Part shown: piece after piece, positions 10,131 to 19,317 of the stretch
Layout of the letters: every line of letters begins with the position of its first letter
Position numbering within the stretch: position 1 is the stretch's first letter
Source: an uncultured Planctomycetaceae bacterium
GTDB lineage: Bacteria; Planctomycetota; Planctomycetia; Planctomycetales; Planctomycetaceae
DNA: 64,000 nucleotides
Reading direction: 5' to 3'
Assembly: GCA_963815195.1 (NCBI GenBank)
Contig: CAWFGE010000016.1
Coordinates: 96,001-160,000, forward strand
Notes under the pieces: model-generated
Seen by the model: the letters and a program-made list of their open reading frames with translations, nothing else
Databases searched by the model: none
What the model was told of the DNA's origin: nothing
Made by a program: the position numbers and the translations under genes

Positions 10131-11060
10131 GTGGATTACATCACGTATTGGACGGACCGCGCCGAGATTCCCGCCAAAACCCTTTTGGGTTGGTTGGAAC
10201 TGGGCACGAGCAAGTACCACTCGTGGAAAGACCGCTACGGAAAAGCCAACGAGCACAACGGGAAGATTCCCCGGGATCATTGGCTGGAGGATTGGGAGAA
10301 GGCGGCGATCGTCGACTATTTTGACCAGCATCCCTTGGAAGGCTATCGCCGGCTGACGTTCATGATGCTCGATGATGACATCGTCGCCACAAGCCCGGCG
10401 ACGGTGTATCGCGTGCTCAAAGCGAACCGGCGATTGGACCGCAGGAAGTTCTCGCCGTCCAAGAAAGGCACAGGCTTCGTGCAGCCCTTAAAACCCCACG
10501 AACACTGGCACATCGACGTGTCTTACATCAACGTGGAAGGCACGTTTTACTACCTGACCAGCGTCTTGGATGGCTGCAGCCGGGCCATTTTGCACTGGGA
10601 CCTCAAGGAGTCGATGACCGAACAGGACGTGGAAGTTATTCTGCAAAAAGCGATCGAGACCTACCCCGGCGAATCGCCGCGGATCATCTCGGACAACGGG
10701 CCGCAGTTCATCGCGCGGGACTTCAAAGAGTTCATCCGCCTCGTGGGCGCCACACACGTGCGGACCAGTCCGTACTATCCCCAATCGAACGGCAAGATCG
10801 AACGTTGGCACGGAAGTTTGAAGTCCGAATGTATCCGGCCGAGTTGTCCGGCCAACGTCGAGGAAGCCCGGCGAAAGATTCAAAGCTATGTGGATCATTA
10901 CAATAATGTGCGGCTGCATTCGGCCATCGGCTATGTGACGCCCGCCGATAAACTGGCGGGCATCGAACAGGAGATCTTCACCGAACGCGACCGCAAGTTG
11001 GAAACCGCCCGAACGCGCCGTCAGGCCGCCCGGCAATTCGCGCGACAGGAGGTTGCTTGA
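10131..11060 (+). CDS. IS3 transposase OrfB (rve/DDE), likely expressed by -1 frameshift
   Basis: WHIDVSY, SDNGPQF, PQSNGKIERWH, YNNVRLHSAIGY. Confidence 0.93.
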   Translation: MDYITYWTDRAEIPAKTLLGWLELGTSKYHSWKDRYGKANEHNGKIPRDHWLEDWEKAAIVDYFDQHPLEGYRRLTFMMLDDDIVATSPATVYRVLKANRRLDRRKFSPSKKGTGFVQPLKPHEHWHIDVSYINVEGTFYYLTSVLDGCSRAILHWDLKESMTEQDVEVILQKAIETYPGESPRIISDNGPQFIARDFKEFIRLVGATHVRTSPYYPQSNGKIERWHGSLKSECIRPSCPANVEEARRKIQSYVDHYNNVRLHSAIGYVTPADKLAGIEQEIFTERDRKLETARTRRQAARQFARQEVA

Positions 11061-11400
11061 TGACAAGCCGCATGGCACAATCGAATGCGACCTGGGCGGA
11101 GGATACGGCTCTGCTGAGGAGCACCCGGAGCGCCGCCCCAGGGGCCAAGACCGGAGGCGGGATCAAGCCCCTTCCCTTGATCCCGCCCGTTTCGAAAACC
11201 CTCCGGGATTGGCACCAAAGCGAAAAACCTTCGCGGCAGGATGCCGCGAAATCCGCGACAGGAGGTCACCTTCCACTGACTAACACCAACACGCCCAAAT
11301 TCCACTTACCGCTGAACCAGGACACATGGCCCTCCTCGGCCATACTATGGAAAGCCCTCCGTGGTTTGTTTTCATAAAACTCCAAGGAGGGTTTCTGATG

Positions 11401-11567
11401 CGCCGGGTGCCACTGGCAGCTTGCGGCCAGTGATTTCCTCAGATCACATTCCCCTCTGATGGAAAGTTATGTCAGCCTACTCCGTGAAAGCACTGGCAAC
11501 AAGTTGCCAGTGGCACCCGAAAGACTTCTTGTTGAGAGTACAACGAATTAAACTAACAGTGCCACCC
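11401..11567. repeat. REPIN-like element copy 2
   Basis: Same termini and palindromes as 9361-9519 but a different spacer. Confidence 0.8.
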
Positions 11568-11574
11568 CGCCGGG

Positions 11575-11635
11575 CTGATGAGCTAAATGTAAAATCGAAT
11601 CATGCCCCGCCGTCTGCTGCGGCGTCTGGTTCGGC
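11575..11635 (-). other. Truncated integron attC-like site (R'' and L'' present, L'/R' arm lost)
   Basis: Minus strand reads GCCGAAC, 5 nt, GCCGCAGCAGAC-GGCGGGG, overlapping the end of the upstream ORF. Confidence 0.6.
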
Positions 11636-12125
11636 CTGCTTGCGCCGGGCGAGCACCTCGCCCTCGGCGATCTTGCGGAGGTCTTCAGGGCTGAACCCCG
11701 CCCGCTCTGCCGCCCCGCACGTTGACGCCAGTGCCCAACCGCCCTCGTAGTTACCCACGCAACTTGTGGCCGTGCGGAGGGCCCACCAACCAACGCCGTG
11801 CGGTCCGAGGTCTGGCGGCTCGCCCTCGCCGAAGATGAGCGAGCAGAATCTCCTCGAATCGGTCGTCGGTCGGGTCATCGATCCAGCGGTCCAACAACCC
11901 CAAGGCGTCGGTGGCTTGGGGCGTGTCGCCACCGGCCGCGATTACGGCTCGCGCGATTGCGAGGGCGGCGCATGCACACAACACCTTGCCGACGGTCGCG
12001 TCCTGCGGGGCGGTTTCCAACCGGTCGCACCAATCAAGATCGCGGGCAGGGGTTGCAAGGGCGGCCGCGACACCGGGGTGTGTTTGTTCGTCCCACGTCC
12101 ACGGCTCGCCTACCATCGGTTTCAC
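11600..12125 (-). CDS. Gene-cassette-like hypothetical protein (about 175 aa, one frameshift near 11850)
   Basis: ORFs 11751..12125 and 11600..11932 join at RFEEI/CSLIFGEG. C-terminus QAEPDAAADGGA is read through the attC R'' box. Confidence 0.65.
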
Positions 12126-12151
12126 GTCCCCACACGCCCTTTACGGCCGAA

Positions 12152-12339
12152 TGTGGAGTTGAGTGATCGGCGTCTTTGCTCATGATCACTCAACTCAAGG
12201 ATCCTTTACCGTCGTCTCCACGACGTCGAATGCAAGACCAAAAAAGCCGATCGCTCCAAAGGAAGGCTAGACCGCCCGGCTCTCTCGGGTTCGGTATGGC
12301 GGAACGCCACACCCGCGGAGCCGATCACTCGACTCCACA
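12152..12339. mobile_element. 188-bp MITE with 20-bp TIRs
   Basis: TGTGGAGTTGAGTGATCGGC ... GCCGATCACTCGACTCCACA (1 mismatch), internal repeat GATCACTCAACTC near 12184, no ORF. Confidence 0.8.
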
Positions 12340-12558
12340 CTAAACCGACACGAGGTCGGTTTAGCTTGGAAATAAGAAGATCTCACATAAACACTATAGA
12401 CGGCAATGTTGTCCGCCTAACGCGCAGGTAGCAAATCATTGTAAGTTGAATTGTATCTGCCACTTGTTCGATTGTCACCCTCTTTTCTGCGTGATAGGAA
12501 GTTTCTGCCTAGCGCTCATCGGGATCGCGAGACAGTCCGTCCGCCGGGCTGCGAACGC

Positions 12559-12680
12559 GGGGCGGCCCAGGTGGCTTGCAACCTGGGTGACGCAGTCACA
12601 AGATGTTGATCGTATCGGAACAAGACTTTAGGAACCTCCCACGGCTGCGCCGCCCCGGTTGCAAGCAACTGGGGCCACCC
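12559..12680. repeat. REP-like inverted doublet (GGGTGGCCCCAGTTGCTTGCAAC family)
   Basis: 12559-12597 and 12643-12680 are near reverse complements, each internally palindromic. Confidence 0.7.
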
Positions 12681-13055
12681 AGGGTAGTTCAGCCACAACC
12701 TGTTTTTAACTAATCTGTTTCTGCAGGTTTGCCATCTGTAACCCGGAAATAGGCAGACCGGTCGGCCCATCTTATCTCCAAATTCTCATGCGCTTGTTCC
12801 AGTGGCAAAAGCTCGTGGATTCCTTCCAACGGACTGCCCACCGTCGATCGATGCGGATTCGGAAGGAGACCCATCATCATCACTATTGAACAGTAAGGAA
12901 AATCACCTGTCAAGCAGAATCGCTCCGTCCGCTCGGTTTTTTTGGCCCCTCCAAAAGCATTCTTCACGCCAGCATTGAGGATCGCGGAACGATCCGAGAC
13001 AATCGACGGAAGTCTCTTTCCAACCTCAAACTTCCAACCTCTCCTTCACAAGCCG

Positions 13056-15669
13056 ATGCCCTCAAAACTGACGCCGATGATGGAACGCTACCTGGAGGTC
13101 AAACGCCAGAATCCGGGGTCGCTGCTGTTGTTTCGCATGGGGGATTTTTACGAGCTGTTTTACGAAGATGCCCAGATCGCGGCGAAGATTTTGGGGCTGA
13201 CTCTCACCAGCCGGGACAAGAACTCGGACAACCCGGTGCCGATGGCGGGGTTTCCCTATCATGCCCTGGACAATTATTTGCAGAAGCTGATCCGGGCCGG
13301 CTGCCGGGCCGCGATTTGCGAGCAGGTCGAAGACCCGAAACAGGCGAAGGGTCTGGTCAAGCGGGAAGTCACGCAGATCGTCACGCCGGGCACGCTGACC
13401 GACGAGGCCCTGCTCGATCCCCGCGAGAGCAATTTCCTGGCGAGCGTGTTTCCCGCGAAGACGGGCATTGGCCTCGCGTGGCTGGAGCTTTCGGCCGGGC
13501 AGTTCGTGACGACGTCGGTCGAAGACGGGCAGCTTTTCGACGAACTGGCCCGGTTGCATCCGGCGGAATGTCTCTTCCCCGAAGGAGCCGCCAATAACGC
13601 CGAATGCCGAGAGCTTGGGCAGCTTCAAGGCGTGATGCTCACTGAGCGGCCGCCGTGGTGTTTTTCCCGCGAGGAATCTCTCAGGCGGTTGTTGAAACAC
13701 TTCGGCACGAAGACGCTCGAAGGTTTTGACGTCGATGCGGATTCGCCGGGCATCCAGGCGGCGGGGGCGCTGTTGGAATACGTGCAGGAAACGCAAAAAT
13801 CCGCGCTGGGTCACATCACCCGCTTGGAGCCGTACCACCGCGGGCGGAATCTGATCATCGATGAAGCGACCCGGCGGAGTCTGGAACTGACGCGGACGAT
13901 GCGCGAAGGCCGGCGGGAGGGCAGTTTGCTGGCGGTGCTGGATCAGACCGTGTCGCCGATGGGGGCGCGGCTGTTGTCGGATTGGCTGTCGAATCCGCTC
14001 ACGGATCGGGATCAAATCAACGCCCGATTGGATGCGGTGGAGGAATCGCCGCGGATGCGCTTTTGCTCAGGGAGCTTCGCGAGCAGTTGGAGCCGATGTA
14101 CGATTTGCAGCGGCTGACCGCGCGGATTGCCACGGGCCGGGCCAGTCCCCGCGATTTGGGTTTCTTGGCGCAGACGCTTGCGCAGCTGCCCGCGACTCAA
14201 AGCCAAGCTTGCGGGCCGGCGGTCGGAGTCGCTCTGCGATCTGGAAGCCCAACTCGATCTCTGCCCCGAAGCGCGGTCGGCGATTGAATCCACCCTCGTG
14301 GACGAACCGCCGCTCTTGACGACGGACGGCGGCATGATCCGCGAAGGTTTTCACGCCCCGCTTGATGAGCTTCGCGACCTCGCCCGCGGGGGCAAGCAAT
14401 GGATCGCCCACTATCAGGCCCAGGAGATCGAGCGGACCGGCATTCCGAATTTGAAGATCGGGTTCAACAAGGTCTTCGGCTATTACCTCGAAGTCACCGC
14501 CACCCATGCCGCCAAGGTGCCGGAGGAATATCATGCGCAAGCAGACGCTCAAAAATCAGGAACGCTACATCACGCCGGAACTCAAAGAGCACGAAGACAA
14601 AGTCCTCCGGGCCGAGGAGTCGGCGACGAGTTTGGAGCAGGAACTGTTTCAAACCCTCCGCGAACAGTGTCGGCGGAGAGTCAAAGGCTCAGGCAGACGG
14701 CCGAGGTCCTGGCCCAGATCGACGTGCTGACGTCGCTCGCCACGATCGCGGTGAAGCAAGGCTACTGCCGGCCGGTGATGACGGAGGAACCGCTGCTTGG
14801 ACATTCGCGAAGGCCGGCATCCGGTCTTGGATCGCCTCCAGCCCACGGGCGAGTTCGTGCCCAACGACGTGCGGCTGCATCCGGACAGCGGCCGCGTGCA
14901 GATCATCACTGGCCCCAATATGGCCGGCAAAAGCACCTACATCCGCCAGGCGGCCTTGTTAACCATCATGGCCCAGATGGGGTCCTTCGTGCCGGCGGCG
15001 TCGGCGAAAATCGGCATCGCCGACCGCATCTTCGCCCGCGTGGGAGCCAGCGACGAACTGGGCAAGGGGCAGAGCACGTTCATGGTCGAGATGACCGAGA
15101 CGGCCCGCATCCTCAATGCCGCGACGAAGCGGAGCCTGGTGATCCTCGATGAAATCGGCCGCGGCACGAGCACCTACGACGGGATTTCGCTCGCTTGGGC
15201 GATTACGGAATTTCTGCACGATGTCATCGGCTGCCGGACGCTGTTCGCCACGCATTACCACGAACTGACCGAACTCACGCAGACCTTAAAGCACGCGTCC
15301 AACTGGAACGTCGCCGTCCGCGAAACCGCCGAGGGCATCATCTTTCTGCATAAGATTGTGGAAGGTGCGGCCGACAAGAGTTACGGCATCCACGTCGCCC
15401 GGTTGGCGGGCGTGCCCGGCGGCGTGATCGACCGGGCCCAGGTGATTCTCGATACATTGGAAGCCGACCACCTGGACGACGCCGGCCGCCCCAAAGTCCC
15501 CGCCCGCCGCACGAGGAAATCGAAGCACCGGCAACTGTCGCTGTTCGGCGGCGCGCACCATCCGCTGCTGGACGAGCTCCGCGACTTGAACCTGGACGAG
15601 ATGACGCCCATCAAAGCCTTAGAAGAACTTCACCGCCTCCGCGAAGGCTGGGTGCCGAAGAAATCGTGA
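13056..15669 (+). CDS. mutS: DNA mismatch repair protein MutS (about 5 frameshifts between 14040 and 14800)
   Basis: [53 protein letters not shown] distributed over successive frames. Confidence 0.95.
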
Positions 15670-15756
15670 TTATGCTTGGAGGCACGCGGGGCGATATAAT
15701 GGAAATAGTCGAAGCGTTGTAAAAAAACGCTTCTCCTTCCTTCAAGGTCGTGAATC

Positions 15757-16083
15757 ATGTCCGTAGAAAAAATTGAGAATTTCGCCAACGAGCCCGTGCC
15801 CCTTCGCCAAGACGAATCAGGAGCCATCCGTGTCGGTCAAACTCGCGTCCTGCTTGAGTTGGTCATCCGGGCTTTTGACGACGGGGCCACGCCGGAAAGC
15901 ATCGTGCAGCGTTATTCTTCGCTGAGTCTGGCCGATGTGTATGCCGTCATCGCTTATTATTTAAGGCATCGAAGCGAAGTCGAAAACTACATGGCCCAGC
16001 GCGAGAAACAGGCTGCTGCCGTTCAACAAGACATCGAAGCCCGGCAAGGCGACCTGAGTGAAATCCGCAATCGCGTCACATGA
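15757..16083 (+). CDS. DUF433 family putative antitoxin
   Basis: IRVGQTRVLLELVI...GATPESIVQRYSSLSLADVYAVIAYYL. Confidence 0.85.
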   Translation: MSVEKIENFANEPVPLRQDESGAIRVGQTRVLLELVIRAFDDGATPESIVQRYSSLSLADVYAVIAYYLRHRSEVENYMAQREKQAAAVQQDIEARQGDLSEIRNRVT

Positions 16084-16097
16084 GACCAGTACCGACG

Positions 16098-16946
16098 CTA
16101 TTGAAACTGTGACATCGTCGCGGCTGTTTCGGCAAGCGAATAGACGCAATCTTTGAGAAGCGAAAACAACTCTTTTGTCTTTTCGGGAGTCACTTGAATG
16201 CGACCATCGCGGACTTCAAATCCATGATCTTGGTTTGCGAGACTATCGGTGACACGTCCACCAGCATGAGACAGCGCATGCCGCGCAAGTCGAGCGATAT
16301 TTATGTCGTTTGCCGTCCAACACATGTCGCGCAGCTTTTGTCCAAAAGATTCGACTAGATTTTTTTGGAAGTCTTTGTCGGTAGTTCGGCAGCTATTGAT
16401 CAATCGGGCAATGCTGACGGCGCGAACAAGAAAGTTTTCGTAGGAGTTGTAAATCGAAACGAAGCAAATTCGCTGAGACCCCCAAAGGCTAAGTTGGTAG
16501 ACATTGTCCTGAAGGTAGGATTGCCACGTTTCTTCGAGAGGGAATTCAAACACAGCCTTGTCGCGGGCCCTTTCAACTTCTGCGCCTATATCTACTAATT
16601 TCCCTCGCAAACGCCGGACCAACGCTGGATCGTTGCATAATTCCGGTATTTCTTGGGCGAGCTTTCGAGGAATCGTCTCCGCAAGATGGAGAAGTTGCGT
16701 GTTAATGTCTCCAGAATTAACAAAGCCATCATGATATCCCTTCATGTGCTCAAGGATGCAAACCGGTAGAGAGGCCGTATATGCCGCTGCTCGCCACTCC
16801 ATCAAAATGTCAAAAACGATTTCCGACAGTCTGGGTTTGGTTCTCGTAAGTTGCTCGATTCGTTCACCCCAATCATCGCTAAAGAAACCACGATACGCGT
16901 CGAGTGTTCTGGTGACGTATATGGTGCGAAGAATCTCCTCTTTCAT
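16098..16946 (-). CDS. AT-richer hypothetical protein with HEPN-like Rx4H motif
   Basis: 282 aa from ATG 16946 with GGGGAA RBS. SYENFL helix and ARHALSHAGGRV near the C-terminus. Confidence 0.6.
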   Translation of the reverse strand: MKEEILRTIYVTRTLDAYRGFFSDDWGERIEQLTRTKPRLSEIVFDILMEWRAAAYTASLPVCILEHMKGYHDGFVNSGDINTQLLHLAETIPRKLAQEIPELCNDPALVRRLRGKLVDIGAEVERARDKAVFEFPLEETWQSYLQDNVYQLSLWGSQRICFVSIYNSYENFLVRAVSIARLINSCRTTDKDFQKNLVESFGQKLRDMCWTANDINIARLARHALSHAGGRVTDSLANQDHGFEVRDGRIQVTPEKTKELFSLLKDCVYSLAETAATMSQFQ

Positions 16947-17076
16947 TTCCCCTAATCTCCACGTGTTGGAAGTTTTGGTTTCCTTTTTTTGACACAGAGA
17001 AGAGGACCTTGGTTCGTTTATTTGTTTTGCAAAACCTCGATTACGTAACGATTCCACACCGAATGTGGAAACGATG

Positions 17077-19149
17077 CTACTCCCCCGCCGGTTCCGCTAG
17101 CAGTCGGTCCAGCGTGGCTTTCGCGTTGCTTCGGGCTTGGGTCATCAAGGGTTCGATCTTGATTTCGATGCCGCCTTGGCGTTTGCTTTCGTCGGCGGCT
17201 TGCATGAAGGCGTAAATCTCCAGGGTCTCGGCTTCGCTGACGGGGGCTTTGCCGGTGCGGAAGAATTTGACGATGTCCACCAACAGCGGTTTGTAGCCTT
17301 GGTATTTGCCGAGCTTTTCGGTGCCTTTTTCTCCCGTGACCTCGCCGCCGTAACCTTGGGGTTTTTTGTGGCCGGTGAAGGTGCCGGTTCGATCGCCGGC
17401 CCAGGTGCCGACGACGACGGTCTTTTCCAAGGTGTCCACGGGGCGTTTGACGGACTCGCAGCCGGTGCCCATCACCGTGAACAGAGCCTGGACGCCGTGG
17501 ATGCCGTACCAGAACAAATCGGGATGCGTGGGTTCGATGATGCAGGGGCTGTAGGTCTCGGCGGATTGGACCTTGCCGACGAGTTCGCCATTCCGGGCGG
17601 CCTGGGCGCCTTCCATGTAGCGGAGCGAAGACGCGGAGAACACGGGCGTCTTGAATTTGCGGGCCGCCTCGAAGATGGCGATGGCATCGCTCAGGGAGCC
17701 GGCGATCGGCTTGTCGATGAACACCGGCTTATGGGCTTTGAGCACGGGGAGCACCTGCTCCAGGTGCGGCCGGCCGTCGTTGGTTTCCAGGAAGACCACA
17801 TCGACCTTCTTCACCAGGTCTTCGATGGAATCCACGATCTCCACGCCCTTTTCCTGCACCGCTTTGGTGTAGCCGGGGACGCGGGTCACGCTGGAGGCGA
17901 TGTCCGGGCTGCCTTTGGGATAAGCGGCGACGACGCGGATGTTCGCGAGTTCCGGCGGTTTGTTGTCGCCGTTGAGGAGGTTGGTGAAAGCCGTGACGTG
18001 CGACGTGTCCAAGCCGATGATGCCCGCCTTGAGTTCGCGGCTGGGGTCGGGCTGGTTTTTGCCTTTGGACGCGACGGCCGGGGCGGCGGGTTTGTTGACC
18101 GAGGCAACGACCTCGGAGAGATCCAGAAACGCCACGGTGTTGTCGTAGCTGCCGGTGACGGCGGTTTTCTGGTCGGGGGAGAGGGCCAGCGCGCTCACGC
18201 GGCCCTTTTGGGGCTCGATCTTGGCGAGTTCTTCGCCGTCGCTGCGGTTCCAGACGATGACGAGGTTCCCGCCTTTGGCCCGGCCGCCGCCCGCGCTGAT
18301 GACGGTCTCGTTCCCGGCGAGGAATTGGGCGTCGTTCGTTTGCCGATTGTGCCCGTTGAAATAACCGAGGGCCTTGCCGGTCGCAACGTCATAGGCATCG
18401 ACTTTTTCATCGGTGGAGGACGACACGAGATACCGGCCGTCGGGCGAGAAGGCGACGCTGTTGGCGACTTTTTCGTGCTCGGTGAGGTCGAATTTCTTGG
18501 TGCCGGCGGCGATGTCCCAAATCTCGACGGGGCCGGGCTGCGTCACGCGGGTTTCATCGCCGCGGGCGATCGCCAGCAGCGAACCGTCCGGGGAGAAGGC
18601 GAGACCCATCGCGGGGTACTCGCCGGTGTCCCATTTTTGACCGGCTTCGCCCGTCTCGGCGTTCCAGAACCGCACGCTGCCGTCTTCGCCGGCGGTGGCG
18701 ATGGTTTTGCCGTCGGGCGAATACCGCACGCAGCGCACATAGCCGGTGTGTCCCTCCAACGTCAACTTGGATTTGGCGGTCCCGATGTCCCAGACCTCGG
18801 CCCCGCGGAACCGGCCGACGGCGAGGTGCTTGCTGTCGGGCGAAAAGGCCACGGAGTGCGCGAAGCCCTTGATTTTCAGGCTTTTGGAAGCTTTGCGGGT
18901 TTTGGGGTCGATGAGTTTGACTTCATCATAACTTCCCGCGGCGACGGTTTTGCCGTCGGGCGACCAGGCGACGCTTGTAACCCAATCCTCAAAGCCCGCG
19001 ACCTGGCCGAGCTTTTTGATCTGGAGAGCGGGTTCTTTCTTTTCGCCTTCGGCCGCTTCTTTTTGAGGTTCGAGCGACTCTTGAGCCGGCAGCACGCCGA
19101 GCCCGCCCAGACACACCAAAGCGATCAGCCAAAGTTTTCGAGCTTGCAT
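17077..19149 (-). CDS. Secreted WD40-repeat / Gfo-Idh-MocA oxidoreductase fusion
   Basis: Signal peptide, about 7 WD40 repeats (VAWSPDG, GHTGYVRCVRYSPDG), then GIIGLDTSH, FIDKP, WYGIH. Confidence 0.85.
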   Translation of the reverse strand: MQARKLWLIALVCLGGLGVLPAQESLEPQKEAAEGEKKEPALQIKKLGQVAGFEDWVTSVAWSPDGKTVAAGSYDEVKLIDPKTRKASKSLKIKGFAHSVAFSPDSKHLAVGRFRGAEVWDIGTAKSKLTLEGHTGYVRCVRYSPDGKTIATAGEDGSVRFWNAETGEAGQKWDTGEYPAMGLAFSPDGSLLAIARGDETRVTQPGPVEIWDIAAGTKKFDLTEHEKVANSVAFSPDGRYLVSSSTDEKVDAYDVATGKALGYFNGHNRQTNDAQFLAGNETVISAGGGRAKGGNLVIVWNRSDGEELAKIEPQKGRVSALALSPDQKTAVTGSYDNTVAFLDLSEVVASVNKPAAPAVASKGKNQPDPSRELKAGIIGLDTSHVTAFTNLLNGDNKPPELANIRVVAAYPKGSPDIASSVTRVPGYTKAVQEKGVEIVDSIEDLVKKVDVVFLETNDGRPHLEQVLPVLKAHKPVFIDKPIAGSLSDAIAIFEAARKFKTPVFSASSLRYMEGAQAARNGELVGKVQSAETYSPCIIEPTHPDLFWYGIHGVQALFTVMGTGCESVKRPVDTLEKTVVVGTWAGDRTGTFTGHKKPQGYGGEVTGEKGTEKLGKYQGYKPLLVDIVKFFRTGKAPVSEAETLEIYAFMQAADESKRQGGIEIKIEPLMTQARSNAKATLDRLLAEPAGE

Positions 19150-19224
19150 GACATCGTCCCGCGTAGGAGGAATCAAAAACGGAGAGGATTTGATTATCGC
19201 ATCCGCGGCCGGCAATGCAAACCA

Positions 19225-19317
19225 GGCGAGCGGCCAGCGTCAGCTGGCGGATCACTCACGGCAAACAACGCGTGTCCCGGTGCAAAACGATCATGGGGCT
19301 GACGCCCCACGGTCGCC
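19225..19317. repeat. REP doublet (GGCGAGCG-stem family); right unit overlaps the prpB stop
   Basis: 28-nt units at 19225-19252 and 19290-19317 in inverted orientation; related doublets at 33356 and 59279. Confidence 0.75.

Larger units (their letters stand above)
9699..11324 (+). mobile_element. IS3-family insertion sequence, 1626 bp
   Basis: Imperfect TIRs TGTAACGGCTCAG...TGGAATTT...GTTAGT and (revcomp) TGTCCTGGTTCAG...TGGAATTT...GTTAGT enclosing orfA/orfB. No target duplication (CGGA / CATG). Confidence 0.9.

Noticed and set aside
9361..11567. Composite transposon formed by two REPINs around IS3
   Set aside because: IS3 has its own TIRs, the REPIN spacers differ, and no outer target duplication is visible.
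12710..12967. Small minus-strand ORF upstream of mutS
   Set aside because: No motif or clear RBS; possibly a remnant but unsupported.
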